Below are positions 9,723-20,343 of a stretch of DNA of 64,000 nt, piece by piece. Under the pieces are notes generated by a model. That model was not told the DNA's origin. It did not search any database and saw only the letters and a program-made list of their open reading frames with translations. The position numbers and the translations under genes were made by a program. Each line of letters opens with the position of its first letter. The first letter of the stretch is position 1. The DNA lies in contig CAYZRX010000008.1 of NCBI GenBank assembly GCA_964480945.1, positions 4,572 to 68,571 on the forward strand, in the 5' to 3' direction. Origin of the DNA: an uncultured Ignavibacteriaceae bacterium. GTDB taxonomy: Bacteria; Bacteroidota; Ignavibacteria; UBA10030.

Positions 9723-11105
9723 ATGCGCAGTCGACCATTTCTCCTCATCCTTCTTTCGCACATCATTCTTTCGGCAGCCCTCGTCGCACAGACACAGGGT
9801 TCTGAGCCGTACGACTCCCTCGCACACCAGACTGTGAAGGAGGCGCTGGGGTCCAACAAAGCGTACGAGATGCTCTCCGATCTCTGCACGAACGTCGGCC
9901 ACAGGCTGAGCGGTTCGCCTGCGGCGGCGAAAGCGGTACAGTGGGCAGAGAAGAAAATGCAGGAACTCGGATTCGATAACGTGCATCTGGAGCCCGTGAT
10001 GGTCCCTCACTGGGTACGCGGGCCTTTCGAGCGCGCGTATGTTCTTAATCCATCGGGAAAACGCGAAAATCTCGCGATCGCTGCGCTCGGAGGTACCATC
10101 GGCACACCGAAAGGAGGCATCACGGCAGAAGTCCTCGAGGTCAAGTCATTTGAAGAGTTGCACAAGCTCGGTGAGAAAGCGAAAGGCAAGATTGTCTTCT
10201 TCAGCCGTCCGATGGATCGCACGCTCGTCAATACGTTTGAAGCCTACGGAAGAGCCGTGGATCAGCGCGGGGCCGGCGCAGTCGAGGCCGCCAAGGTCGG
10301 CGGCGTTGCAGCCTTGGTGCGGTCGATGACAACGCGACGCGACAACGTGCCCCACACCGGAGCGATGCATTACGATGACTCGGTAAAGAAAGTGCCGGCC
10401 GCGGCAGTGAGCATCATCGGCGCGGAACGGTTAAGCGCGCTGGTTGCCTCGGGAACGCCCGTGCGCGTCCATATGGAATTCTCTGCCCAAACCCTGCCCG
10501 ATGTCGAATCAGCCAACGTCATTGGCGAGCTGAGAGGAACGGAGAAGCCGGAGGAGGTCATCGTCATCGGTGGACATCTGGATAGTTGGGACAAAGGTCA
10601 GGGAGCAAACGATGATGGCGCCGGGTGCGTTCAGTCGATCGAGGCTTTGCGTTTGCTCAAGACGCTCGGGCTGAAACCGAAGCGCACCATTCGCGCAGTG
10701 ATGTTTATGAACGAGGAGAACGGATTGCGCGGCGGCATCGCTTACGCCGAGAAGCAACGGCCCGGCGAAAAGGCCGTCGCGGCGATTGAGTCGGATATGG
10801 GAAGCTTCCAGCCGGTGGGTTTTGGGATCGGCGATTCTGCCGCTTATGAGAAGCTCCTTCCTTGGGCTCCCGTGTTCAGATTCCTCAATGCCGACCATTT
10901 CCAGCTCGGCGGGGGCGGTGCCGATATCAGCCCCCTCGCGCGCCAGGGAGTGCCGCTCATGGATTTGATACCCGAGGTCCAGCGCTACTTCGACTATCAC
11001 CACTCCGACAATGATACAATTGAAGGCGTCAATGAGCGCGAGCTTGCGCTCGGCGCCGCTGCTCTCGCGATCTTCTCCTACATAATCGCGCAGGAAGGCT
11101 TGTAA
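9723..11105 (+). CDS. M28 family aminopeptidase with PA domain, secreted
   Basis: Signal peptide present. Zn-ligand motifs IGGHLDSWDKGQGANDDGAGC and FMNEENGLRGG. Confidence 0.85.
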   Translation: MRSRPFLLILLSHIILSAALVAQTQGSEPYDSLAHQTVKEALGSNKAYEMLSDLCTNVGHRLSGSPAAAKAVQWAEKKMQELGFDNVHLEPVMVPHWVRGPFERAYVLNPSGKRENLAIAALGGTIGTPKGGITAEVLEVKSFEELHKLGEKAKGKIVFFSRPMDRTLVNTFEAYGRAVDQRGAGAVEAAKVGGVAALVRSMTTRRDNVPHTGAMHYDDSVKKVPAAAVSIIGAERLSALVASGTPVRVHMEFSAQTLPDVESANVIGELRGTEKPEEVIVIGGHLDSWDKGQGANDDGAGCVQSIEALRLLKTLGLKPKRTIRAVMFMNEENGLRGGIAYAEKQRPGEKAVAAIESDMGSFQPVGFGIGDSAAYEKLLPWAPVFRFLNADHFQLGGGGADISPLARQGVPLMDLIPEVQRYFDYHHSDNDTIEGVNERELALGAAALAIFSYIIAQEGL

Positions 11106-11210
11106 GCCGAAGTCCGACTTCTGTCGTTGAAGAAGATTGACTTCGCAGCGGCTCCACGACGGAAGAAGTCAACCTTCATCCAAGAAGTCGGACTTCTCCT
11201 CAGCACCGTC

Positions 11211-12293
11211 ATGATGAAGACCGAACTCCTCATCGCAACCATGGCTTTGTCCCTGGTTTCTTGCGCGCCGTATGCCAGGAAGCCCGAGTTGTCCGGCGAG
11301 ATCGACGCACTTTTCCAGGCTTATAGCCAGAGTGGCGCCCCCGGCGCCTGCGTATCGGTCATCAAAGACGGCCAGGTACTCTACAGCAAGGGATACGGCT
11401 TGGCGAACCTCGAAGAGCGCATCCCCGTGACGACAGCGACAAACTTCCGGCTCGCCTCCGTGACGAAACAATTCACTGCGATGGCAATCATGATGCTGGC
11501 TGATCGCGGTAAGCTCTCGTTCGATGATTCGCTGGCGAGAGTCTTGCCTGGAACTCCAGCATACTTGCAAGGCATCAGGATCCGACATCTGCTCAATCAT
11601 ACCTCAGGCATCGTTGACTACGAGTCGCTGATTCCCGACTCCCAGACTGTCCAGGTGCTTGACCGCGACGTGCTCGCACTCCTGAGCACAATCGATACGA
11701 CGTACTTCCCCGCCGGCTCGAAGTTCCAGTACAGCAATTCCGGCTACGCTCTCCTCTCACTTGTTGTCGAGGCTCTCTCTCACCAGTCGTTTGCCGAATT
11801 CCTGAAGGAGAATATCTTCGACCCGCTCGGGATGGCGCACACGCTTGCCTATCAGCAGGGAATCTCGACGGTTCCAAATCGAGCGTACGGTTACTCGCTC
11901 ACCGACAGCGGGTTTGTCTGCACGGACCAGAGCGTCACAAGCGCTGTGCTCGGAGATGGCGGGGTCTACTCATCGGTCGATGACTTCTTCAAATGGGATC
12001 AAGCGCTCTACACGGAAGACCTGGTCCGTGCATCCACACTTCAGCAGGCGCTCACGCCGGCAACGCTCAACGACGGTAGCTCGACAACGTACGGATTCGG
12101 TTGGTTCATCGAGCCGTATCGAGGAGTCCCGACCGTTTATCATACCGGATCGACACGCGGGTTTCGGAACGCGATCCTTCGTTTCCCCGGTCAACGCTTG
12201 ACAATCATCATCCTCACCAACCGCAACGAAGGCGAGCCGATCAAGATCGCGAGAAGCATCGCGGATTTGATACTGTTTGAAAAAACTCGCTGA
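11211..12293 (+). CDS. Serine hydrolase, beta-lactamase/transpeptidase fold (class C-like esterase/peptidase), lipoprotein
   Basis: ORF 11127-12293; the likely start is the internal Met before the lipobox LVSCA. It has the SxxK active-site motif (ASVTKQF) and a YSNSGY motif. Confidence 0.8.
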   Translation: MMKTELLIATMALSLVSCAPYARKPELSGEIDALFQAYSQSGAPGACVSVIKDGQVLYSKGYGLANLEERIPVTTATNFRLASVTKQFTAMAIMMLADRGKLSFDDSLARVLPGTPAYLQGIRIRHLLNHTSGIVDYESLIPDSQTVQVLDRDVLALLSTIDTTYFPAGSKFQYSNSGYALLSLVVEALSHQSFAEFLKENIFDPLGMAHTLAYQQGISTVPNRAYGYSLTDSGFVCTDQSVTSAVLGDGGVYSSVDDFFKWDQALYTEDLVRASTLQQALTPATLNDGSSTTYGFGWFIEPYRGVPTVYHTGSTRGFRNAILRFPGQRLTIIILTNRNEGEPIKIARSIADLILFEKTR

Positions 12294-12590
12294 CACCGAC
12301 GAATCGTGCCGGACGGATCATGCCGGGTGACGCGAGGCCCGACATACCCAGGCAGTAGCGCATCGGCTGCTCTGACGGTCACAAACCGATGTGACGGGCT
12401 TAGATCCGTTGCCTGACTCCTGGGACAACATCTGCCGTACATTGGCTGCGTCGGGATCCACCAACTCTCTTGATCCCCCCATTAACACTTTGCTCTACGT
12501 CCATCTTTCCATTCATCCGCTGTCAAATTGGCTTTTCGATAAAAATTGAATAAACTTTCGGAGTCTTCTCTTCACACCGGGAGGTTCACC

Positions 12591-14744
12591 ATGACGAAAC
12601 GTTCTCTGTTCCTTTCGTTCACCCTTGTTGTCTTTCTCGCGGTCGGTCTTGCTGATGAGGGGATGTACCCGATCAGCGAGATCCACAAGCTCAACCTGCG
12701 GGCAAGGGGCCTAAAGATCGATCCGAAGGAGCTTTACAACCCGAACGGCGTAAGTCTCATTGATGCGATCGTTCAGCTCAGCGGCTGCACCGGATCGTTC
12801 GTCTCGAAGGATGGCCTCATTCTCACCAATCATCACTGCGCGTTCGGATTTGTCCAGGCCGCCAGCACGGCGGAGAAGGATTATGTGACGGACGGTTTCA
12901 TCGCCTGGAATCGATCCGAGGAGATCCCCGCAAAGGGCCAGACGGTCCGCATTACGGAGTCCTATCGCGATGTCTCCAAACAGGTTCTCAGCGCCGTCAG
13001 TGACAGAATGGAGTTGGCTGAACGGTCCAAGGCCATCGATCGAGCAATGCGTGCGATCGTCGTCGAGACGGAGAAGCGGAACCCCGGCAAGCGCGCCGAG
13101 GTGGCGGAGATGTTCGCCGGCAAGACGTACGTACTCTTTGTGTACACCTATCTGAGGGATGTCCGCCTCGTGTATGTCCCCCCGCGGTCAATCGGAGAAT
13201 TCGGGGGCGAGAACGACAATTGGGTTTGGCCGCGGCATACAGGAGACTTCTCGTTTTTCCGCGCGTACGTCGCTCCGGACGGCTCCCCGGCGGATTATTC
13301 CGCTGACAACGTTCCGTATCACCCGAAGAAGTTCCTCAAGGTAAATCCCTCCGGCGTCGATGAGGGAGACTTCGCCTTCATCCTGGGTTACCCCGGGCGG
13401 ACGTACCGACACAGAACATCCCACTACCTCGCGTACGAGGAGAAGTACCGGATGCCGTACGTCGCGGACCTCTACGAGTGGGAGATCGCCACGATGGAGC
13501 AAATGGGGAAGAACGACCGGGAGATTGCGCTGAAGCACGATGCGCGTATCAAAGGACTGGCGAACACCATGAAGAACTACCGTGGTAAACTGCTCGGTAT
13601 GAAGCGGCTCTCTCTCGTGGACCGTAAGTTTGAAGAGGAAGAAGCTCTGCAGCGGTTCATCGAATCCGACCCCGCTCGAAAGGCACTTTACGGTGCAGTT
13701 CTCGATGAGATCGGCAAGATTTATCAGGAAATGTCCGATCAAGCGGCTTCCGAGCTCGTTCTTGACTACCTTCGCAGGAGTTCGACGATGCTGGGGTACG
13801 GCTTCGCGGTGTACGAATCCACTCTGGAGCTCCAGAAGCCGGACCTGGAGCGGCTCTCCCCCTACACGGAGCGGAATCTCCCCAATACGAAGAAGTACCT
13901 GCCCCGGGCCCTCCAAAACTATTATGAGCCCACTGATAAGGCAATTCTCAAACACATGTTGATGCAGGCCGCCAACCTGCCACAGGCTCAACGCATACCT
14001 GCAATTGATGAAATCATTCAGGGAGGAAACGCCGAGGAGGCGATCGATCGGTTCATTCAAGACGCATTCGCTCAATCGAAACTGAACGACGAACGATTCC
14101 TGATGGATTCCTTCGGGAAGAAGCCAGCCGAAGTCGAGCAAATGGATGACCCGTTCGTTCAGCTCGCCAGGGCACTGTATCCAACCTATCAGAAGTTGCG
14201 TGAGATCCGCCAGCAGCGCAACGGCGCTCTGTCAAAGCTGTCGGCGCTCCTGGTGGATGTCAAGCAGCAATTCCAGAGGACAAGCTTCATTCCCGACGCG
14301 AACAGCACACTGCGCCTGACGTTCGGGCATATCAAAGGCTACTCGCCTCGCGATGCAACCTACTACAAGCCGATCACGACACTCACCGGCGTCATAGAGA
14401 AGACGACGGGCGAATATCCGTACGGCACGCCTCAGAAGGTCCGCGATCTTTACAACGCAAAGGACTTCGGGCGCTACCGCAACGCCAAGCTGAACGATGT
14501 CCCCGTTGCAATTCTGTACGACATGGACACGACCGGCGGGAATTCCGGAAGCCCCGTGCTGAACGCGCGCGGCGAACTTGTGGGGGTAAATTTCGATCGC
14601 GCATTCGAAGCCACGATCAACGACTACGCATGGAGCGAGTCGTACAGCCGATCGATCGCCGTGGATATCCGCTATGTTCTCTGGGTGACGGAGAAAGTCG
14701 GAGGCGTAAGCTACCTTCTGGCAGAGATGGGTCTTCAGCGCTGA
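12591..14744 (+). CDS. S46 family dipeptidyl-peptidase (DPP7/DPP11-like)
   Basis: Signal peptide (MTKRSLFLSFTLVVFLAVGLA). Conserved S46 N-terminal block GCTGSFVSKDGLILTNHHCAFG. Catalytic Ser region GGNSGSPV near the C-terminus. Confidence 0.85.
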   Translation: MTKRSLFLSFTLVVFLAVGLADEGMYPISEIHKLNLRARGLKIDPKELYNPNGVSLIDAIVQLSGCTGSFVSKDGLILTNHHCAFGFVQAASTAEKDYVTDGFIAWNRSEEIPAKGQTVRITESYRDVSKQVLSAVSDRMELAERSKAIDRAMRAIVVETEKRNPGKRAEVAEMFAGKTYVLFVYTYLRDVRLVYVPPRSIGEFGGENDNWVWPRHTGDFSFFRAYVAPDGSPADYSADNVPYHPKKFLKVNPSGVDEGDFAFILGYPGRTYRHRTSHYLAYEEKYRMPYVADLYEWEIATMEQMGKNDREIALKHDARIKGLANTMKNYRGKLLGMKRLSLVDRKFEEEEALQRFIESDPARKALYGAVLDEIGKIYQEMSDQAASELVLDYLRRSSTMLGYGFAVYESTLELQKPDLERLSPYTERNLPNTKKYLPRALQNYYEPTDKAILKHMLMQAANLPQAQRIPAIDEIIQGGNAEEAIDRFIQDAFAQSKLNDERFLMDSFGKKPAEVEQMDDPFVQLARALYPTYQKLREIRQQRNGALSKLSALLVDVKQQFQRTSFIPDANSTLRLTFGHIKGYSPRDATYYKPITTLTGVIEKTTGEYPYGTPQKVRDLYNAKDFGRYRNAKLNDVPVAILYDMDTTGGNSGSPVLNARGELVGVNFDRAFEATINDYAWSESYSRSIAVDIRYVLWVTEKVGGVSYLLAEMGLQR

Positions 14745-14788
14745 CAGAAGCGCAAACTGCACATCATTATGTTGTGGAGGAAATCGCT

Positions 14789-15868
14789 ATGAACAGGAAC
14801 CTTGCCACACTCACTTTGACCGTTCTCTCGATCGCATACGTCTTCGGGCAAGCCCCAATACAGGAGAAGCTGCCCGACGAAAAGCAACTCATCGACAAGA
14901 AATTCGAGGCCCTCGATCATCGCCTGGACCAGCTGGCGAAGGCGATCGACGATGTCCTTTGGTACAACAAAGTCGGCGACGTGGCGAATATCGACAAGGT
15001 CTACATCGTCGGTCCGCCGCCGGCGAAGGTCAAAAACCCAACGGCGATGGGCGCGAAGAATCCCGTCAAATTCTGGTCCTACATTTTCATCCCGCAGAAG
15101 ATCGACCGGAGCAAGAAGTATCCACTGCTGGTTTTTCCCCATGGCGGCGTTCACGGGGATTTCACGACGTACTATACGCACATCATCCGAGAGATGATGG
15201 CGCAGGGCTATATCGTTGTCGCACCCGAATACCGCGGAAGCACCGGCTACGGCAAGGGGTTCTACGAGCGGATCGACTACGGCGGGCTGGAGGTTGAGGA
15301 TAATCATGCAGCGCGGGACTATATGACCGAGAATTTCGACATCGTCGACGGCTCCCGTGTGGGCGCAATCGGTTGGAGTCACGGTGGTCTCATCACGCTG
15401 ATGGACATTTTTGAGCACCCCGACGGCTACAAGGTCGCCTTCGCCGGCGTCCCGGTGAGCGATCTTATCCAGCGGATGGGGTACTATGATGACGAATACC
15501 GAGCCCTTTACTCCGCTCCCTATCACATCGGCAAGACGGCAAACCAGGATGTGCAGGAGTACCGCCGCCGGTCGCCCGTCAACCACGTCCAGCAGCTCAA
15601 GACCCCGCTCCTCATTCATACCAACACGAGTGATGATGACGTGAACGTGCTGGAAGTGGAACATCTGATCGAAGCGTTGAAGGCGGCTGGTAAGAAGTTC
15701 GAGTACGAGATCTTTCAAGATATACCGGGCGGCCACAGCTTTGACCGGATCGACACAAAGAAAGCCAAAGAGATTCGGGTCAAGATCTACACGTTCCTGG
15801 CACGCTATCTCAACCCGCCCCACCCGATCAAGTCGGTCGACGATCTCGAGAGGGCGGCGTATCGCTAA
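14789..15868 (+). CDS. S9 family alpha/beta hydrolase (prolyl oligopeptidase / dienelactone hydrolase-like), secreted
   Basis: Likely start at the internal Met (MNRNLATLTLTVLS, signal peptide). Nucleophile elbow GWSHGG; PEYRGSTGYG motif. Confidence 0.8.
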   Translation: MNRNLATLTLTVLSIAYVFGQAPIQEKLPDEKQLIDKKFEALDHRLDQLAKAIDDVLWYNKVGDVANIDKVYIVGPPPAKVKNPTAMGAKNPVKFWSYIFIPQKIDRSKKYPLLVFPHGGVHGDFTTYYTHIIREMMAQGYIVVAPEYRGSTGYGKGFYERIDYGGLEVEDNHAARDYMTENFDIVDGSRVGAIGWSHGGLITLMDIFEHPDGYKVAFAGVPVSDLIQRMGYYDDEYRALYSAPYHIGKTANQDVQEYRRRSPVNHVQQLKTPLLIHTNTSDDDVNVLEVEHLIEALKAAGKKFEYEIFQDIPGGHSFDRIDTKKAKEIRVKIYTFLARYLNPPHPIKSVDDLERAAYR

Positions 15869-15967
15869 GAAGAAGGTTCACGAGGGCTACACCACAGAAG
15901 AAGTCAACCTTCTACAGCGACAGAAGTCGGACATCTACCAGAAACAAACACCAGATCAAAAACCTGA

Positions 15968-16654
15968 ATGGAATTCCTCCGAGACGTTATCGAGTTCGTT
16001 CTCCACCTTGACCGGCATCTGCTCGAGCTCTGCACCGCGTACGGAACATGGGTGTACGCGATCATATTCGTTGTCATCTTCTGCGAGACAGGACTGGTGG
16101 TAACACCTATCCTCCCGGGAGACTCCCTCCTCTTTGCCGTGGGATCCCTGACAGCCATCGGCGCGCTCGACCTGGGGACTTCAATGATCGTGCTCGCCCT
16201 CGCCGCTATCCTTGGCGATACCGTGAATTACTGGATTGGAGATTACGTCGGGCCGAAGGTGTTTCATCAGGAACACGGGCGGCTCCTGAACAGGGAGTAT
16301 CTTCTCCGCACGCACAGGTTTTACGAGCGGCACGGCGGGAAGACGATCGTGATCGCGCGGTTCCTGCCGATCATTCGCACCTTTGCACCGTTCGTCGCCG
16401 GCATCGGAACGATGACCTACCGGCGGTTTCTTCTCTTCAACGTCACGGGAGGCATCCTCTGGGTTTGCCTTTTCGTTCTCGCGGGTCATTTCTTCGGGAG
16501 CATTCCTGTCATCAAGAACAACTTCAGCCTCGTCATCATTTTTCTCGTGCTGATCCCTGGAATTCCGAGCTTAGTGGAGTTCATCCGGATTCAGATTCAA
16601 CGACGAAAGTCCAAAACAGCCTCGTCGGAGGAACCTCGCCCGCCACAACCATAA
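15968..16654 (+). CDS. DedA family membrane protein
   Basis: 228 aa; [19 protein letters not shown]...[22 protein letters not shown] is typical of DedA/SNARE-associated proteins. Confidence 0.85.
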   Translation: MEFLRDVIEFVLHLDRHLLELCTAYGTWVYAIIFVVIFCETGLVVTPILPGDSLLFAVGSLTAIGALDLGTSMIVLALAAILGDTVNYWIGDYVGPKVFHQEHGRLLNREYLLRTHRFYERHGGKTIVIARFLPIIRTFAPFVAGIGTMTYRRFLLFNVTGGILWVCLFVLAGHFFGSIPVIKNNFSLVIIFLVLIPGIPSLVEFIRIQIQRRKSKTASSEEPRPPQP

Positions 16655-16668
16655 AGAGGAGACAGGCA

Positions 16669-17064
16669 ATGCGGCGACAAAACATTTCCAGCGGTGCTCC
16701 GTGGGAACCGATCGTCGGGTACTCCCGAGCCGTGCGGGTCGGACCCTCTGTTCACGTGGCTGGCACAACAGGAGTAGGGCCTGATGGAAAGGTCGTGGCC
16801 AAAGGCGATGTTTACGCTCAAGCGGTCCAGGCGTTCAAGATTATCGAGGCCGCGCTTCAGAAGGCGGGCGCGAGCATGAACGATGTCGTCCGGACCCGCA
16901 CGTTTCTCACGAACATTGCCGATTGGGAGAAGGTCGGGCAAGCGCACGGCGAATTCTTCCGCGATGTCAGGCCGGCGGCAACGATGGTCGGCACGACCGG
17001 ACTCGTCGACCCCGAGATGCTCGTCGAAATCGAGGTCGACGCCATCATCCCCGATCACAAGTGA
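16669..17064 (+). CDS. ridA: RidA/YjgF family reactive-intermediate deaminase
   Basis: ATG at 16669 preceded by the RBS AAGAGGA. The 132-aa product carries the RidA signature (VRTRTFL...VEIEVDAII). The longer listed ORF 16048-17064 is an out-of-frame overlap with DedA. Confidence 0.85.
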   Translation: MRRQNISSGAPWEPIVGYSRAVRVGPSVHVAGTTGVGPDGKVVAKGDVYAQAVQAFKIIEAALQKAGASMNDVVRTRTFLTNIADWEKVGQAHGEFFRDVRPAATMVGTTGLVDPEMLVEIEVDAIIPDHK

Positions 17065-17203
17065 CTCGCCGATTGGATGGAAGCATTGAGAGAATGCGCA
17101 CGCAACATCCGATTTCTTGTAAGCGTCAAAAGCGCCTATCGTCACTCTCTTCTTCGACGGGGGCACCGAAAACCATCTCTCATCCAGAAAGGAAGGTGAA
17201 GCC

Positions 17204-17620
17204 ATGAAGCGGATCTTGACTCCCGGCCTCGTCGCCGGTCTTGTCATGCTCATTGTTGCAATGGTCGTCGGCCGACTGACGACGCTCGCCCTGCCATCCA
17301 TCGCACAAGAGTATGAGAACACGAACCTTTTTCGAACCTGGTCGGATCCAATCGTGTACGTCTATTTTCTCTACCCATTCTTCCTCGGCATCGCTCTCGC
17401 TTGGGTCTGGGGCAAAACGAAGGGGATCATCGGGGAGGGCAGCCTCTGGGTGCAGGGGAGCAGGTTTGCCCGCGCATTCTGGCTCGTGTCCGCACTGCCG
17501 GGTATCCTGATGACCTATAGTACATTCCCGATTTCGCTCGCCGTGGCGCTCTCATGGCTTCTAAGCTCACTTGTACAGCTGCTCTGCGCCGGATTTGTCT
17601 ATGCGAAGATGAACAAGTGA
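17204..17620 (+). CDS. Hypothetical small integral membrane protein
   Basis: 138 aa with three or four hydrophobic helices and no recognisable domain. Preceded by an SD-like AAGGAAGGTGAAG. Confidence 0.5.
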   Translation: MKRILTPGLVAGLVMLIVAMVVGRLTTLALPSIAQEYENTNLFRTWSDPIVYVYFLYPFFLGIALAWVWGKTKGIIGEGSLWVQGSRFARAFWLVSALPGILMTYSTFPISLAVALSWLLSSLVQLLCAGFVYAKMNK

Positions 17621-17731
17621 CCTGTTTTCACCTAGGCGGTCTTCCGGCGGAACGAATCCTCCTACGTCAAGCGTTAATCCTTAAATAACGGCTCGTTCTT
17701 CGGGAATAAAGTATTTCGAGGAGACATTCGT

Positions 17732-18259
17732 ATGGCGGATCTACGGTATCCTGTGGGCACGTTTCAACCCGCCGGTCAGATCAACGACGCTGAGCGCCGC
17801 GCGCTCATCCATCAGATCGCTGATGCCCCCGCGAGGCTTCGGGAGGCCGTGCAAGGCCTTACGGAAGAACAGCTCGAGACCCCGTATCGTCCGGAGGGCT
17901 GGACCGTCCGGCAGGTGGTGCATCATCTCCCCGACAGCCACATGAATGCGTACATCCGATTCAAGCTGGCGGTCACCGAGCAAGAGCCGACCGTGAAGCC
18001 GTACGAGCAGCAGCTTTGGGCGCAGCTCGCCGATGCGAAGAGTGCTCCGGTCGAATTGTCCCTGGCGCTGTTCGACGCACTCCACCAACGATGGGTCCTG
18101 TTCCTCAAATCGCTCAAGCCGTCTGATTTCTCCAGGACATACAATCACCCGGAAAGCGGCGTGTCAAATCTTGACCGGCTTCTTCAGCTGTACGCGTGGC
18201 ACGGCCGCCACCACGTCGCGCATATCACATCGCTGCGGGAGCGGATGGTCTGGAAATAG
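17732..18259 (+). CDS. DinB/YfiT family metal-dependent hydrolase/transferase
   Basis: 175 aa with a conserved His triad context (VVHHLPDSHMNAY...WHGRHHVAHI) typical of DinB_2/YfiT. Confidence 0.8.
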   Translation: MADLRYPVGTFQPAGQINDAERRALIHQIADAPARLREAVQGLTEEQLETPYRPEGWTVRQVVHHLPDSHMNAYIRFKLAVTEQEPTVKPYEQQLWAQLADAKSAPVELSLALFDALHQRWVLFLKSLKPSDFSRTYNHPESGVSNLDRLLQLYAWHGRHHVAHITSLRERMVWK

Positions 18260-18335
18260 CTTGTGGCTTTGATCATCATCCGTTTCGCACGCCTCAAGTC
18301 ACATCGCACAACCTGGGCTCCGTCCCGACCCTCGT

Positions 18336-18815
18336 ATGAAGACAACAATCCGCCAGGCAACCGGCAATGACGCTTCGGCCATCGTACGGTTCAACATGTT
18401 CATAGCCGAAGAAACCGAACACTTTCAACTCGATCGCGACCGGCTCGGCAAGGGAGTGGAAGCAATCCTGAGTGATTCCTCCAAAGGAGTTTATTTTCTT
18501 GCAGAGCTCGACGGCAACGTCGTCGGCCAACTCATGATCACCTATGAATGGAGCGACTGGCGGAACGGAAACTTTTGGTGGATCCAGAGCGTCTATGTCG
18601 ACAGGCCCCACCGGGGCAAAGGGGTTTTCCGGTCACTCTACCAGCATGTCTATGATCTCGCTTCCCAGCGCGAAGATGTGTGCGGCTTTCGCTTGTACGT
18701 CGACAGCCAAAACAAGCGCGCCAAAAACACCTACGAGCAACTTGGGATGAAGGAAGCTCGTTACGAGTTGTACGAGATCGATTTTGTCCTGAAAGAGCCA
18801 GCGCGCTTTTCTTAA
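18336..18815 (+). CDS. GNAT family N-acetyltransferase
   Basis: 159 aa; acetyl-CoA-binding motif region (VGQLMITYEW...RGKGVFRSLYQHV). Confidence 0.8.
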   Translation: MKTTIRQATGNDASAIVRFNMFIAEETEHFQLDRDRLGKGVEAILSDSSKGVYFLAELDGNVVGQLMITYEWSDWRNGNFWWIQSVYVDRPHRGKGVFRSLYQHVYDLASQREDVCGFRLYVDSQNKRAKNTYEQLGMKEARYELYEIDFVLKEPARFS

Positions 18816-18833
18816 AGAGAAGGGATTGAATTC

Positions 18834-19487
18834 ATGACTTCCTGCTGTACCTCGTCCGCAGCTTGCAGCGGCAACAACTTGTTTTTCTCCCGGTGGTCGA
18901 ATTCCTACGGCAAACGGTTCCGACGCAAGGGTCTCGAGAAAGCACAGAAGCGGCTGCTCGAGGGTGTACGATGTGAGCCGCTCCAGGCGCGGGAGGTGCT
19001 CGACATCGGCTGCGGCGTCGGCGCCCTCCATCTCTCGTTGCTGAAAGAGGGGGCGGGACGATCGATCGGTGTGGACATGTCGGAAGGGATGATTCGGCAG
19101 GCTCAACAACTGGCCGCCGAACTCGGCATCCGAGAAAAAACGAGCTACCTCCTTGGAGATTTTGTCACACTGGCGGACCTGCTCCCGGAAAGCGACATCA
19201 CGCTGCTCGACAAGGTCGTCTGCTGCTATGAGCAACTCGATCCTCTGATCGAAAAATCCACCGTCAGGACAAACAGGATTTACGCACTGACACATCCGCG
19301 CGACAGTTTCCCTATCCAGGCGGCGTTCAAGACGCAGATCTTCCTTGGGAAGCTCTTTCGCTGGAGCTTTCACCCTTTCTGGCACGACTGGGAACGGATG
19401 AAATCGCTCATTTGCTCGAAGGGATTTCATTTGATCTACGAAAATTCGACGCTTGTTTGGAACGTTCTCGTCTTCAAGCGTACCTAG
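18834..19487 (+). CDS. Class I SAM-dependent methyltransferase
   Basis: Motif I (VLDIGCGVGALHLSL) followed by the acidic post-motif (GVDMSEGMI). Confidence 0.75.
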   Translation: MTSCCTSSAACSGNNLFFSRWSNSYGKRFRRKGLEKAQKRLLEGVRCEPLQAREVLDIGCGVGALHLSLLKEGAGRSIGVDMSEGMIRQAQQLAAELGIREKTSYLLGDFVTLADLLPESDITLLDKVVCCYEQLDPLIEKSTVRTNRIYALTHPRDSFPIQAAFKTQIFLGKLFRWSFHPFWHDWERMKSLICSKGFHLIYENSTLVWNVLVFKRT

Positions 19488-19721
19488 GAAGATTCCCGAA
19501 GTCCCCGCAGCCAAGCGCCAGTCCGTGACTTTGGGACCGTCACCCGGATGAGACATGGAACGTGATGATATCTCGCGACTCTTGGGTCGCGCGTTTCGGT
19601 GCCCTTCGTTGACTGCACCTTCAAAAATGGCTACCTTTCAATTGTTCCGGACAAGCTTATCCTCTGGGAGCGGCTGAAGGCCATGATTTTCTCTATTCTC
19701 GGTCCGCCAGGTGGCGATGCG

Positions 19722-20264
19722 ATGAAGATGCTCGCCTGGCTGATCGCGATCATGGTAACCTTGTGGGTTCTTACGGTGGCCTCCAAGTGGCTTGCTGAGA
19801 AAATCTGGAAAGGAAAAGCAAGGATGCTCGACACGCTCGGCGACTACAAGACGGTTGTTGCGCAAGCGTTGCCGCGACTCTTGAGAATCTCGGATGCCGA
19901 GAGCGACGTCCACCCCTCACCGGAGAAATGGTCGAAGAAGGAGATCCTGGGCCACCTCATCGATTCCGCCAGCAACAACCACCAACGCTTTGTGAGAGCG
20001 CAGCTGAGCAGTGAAATCAAGCTGCCGGAGTACGAACAGGAAACGTGGGTGAGAACGCAGGGATATCAGGGCGAATCGTGGGAGAACCTTGTTCACCTCT
20101 GGAGGTTGTACAATCTCCATTTGCTGCACGTCGCCGAAGCGATTCCAGACGACCGGCTGAAGAGCCGGTGTTTCATCGGAGAGAACGAACCGGTAACGCT
20201 CGAATTTCTGGTGACCGACTACGTGAGACACGTGAAACATCACCTTGACCAGATATTTTCGTAA
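19722..20264 (+). CDS. DinB-family protein with N-terminal membrane anchor
   Basis: ORF 19599-20264; the start is probably the internal Met before the TM helix (MLAWLIAIMVTLWVL). The C-terminal region (EILGHLIDSASNNHQRF...YVRHVKHHLDQI) is DinB_2-like. Confidence 0.6.
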   Translation: MKMLAWLIAIMVTLWVLTVASKWLAEKIWKGKARMLDTLGDYKTVVAQALPRLLRISDAESDVHPSPEKWSKKEILGHLIDSASNNHQRFVRAQLSSEIKLPEYEQETWVRTQGYQGESWENLVHLWRLYNLHLLHVAEAIPDDRLKSRCFIGENEPVTLEFLVTDYVRHVKHHLDQIFS

Positions 20265-20343
20265 CGAGGCCGTCTCGCTCAGCGCATACCGACGGGATCA
20301 TCGACAGTCCATCGCGCTCATCCTCCACACCCCCTGATCCGCC

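Noticed and set aside
16048-16668. 5' part of ORF 16048-17064, overlapping DedA in another frame
   Set aside because: Only the region from the ATG at 16669 (after the RBS AAGAGGA) matches RidA. The upstream extension is an open alternative frame inside dedA.
18633-19556. 307-aa antisense ORF across the GNAT and methyltransferase genes. Similar long antisense ORFs occur at 13188-14141, 14735-15823, 36634-37773, 39522-40763, 43223-44716, 44867-45970, 46764-47855 and 60195-61538.
   Set aside because: Each lies opposite a gene with strong domain signatures. They have Arg/Ala/Gly-rich, low-complexity translations typical of GC-rich non-coding frames, and no domain is recognisable.
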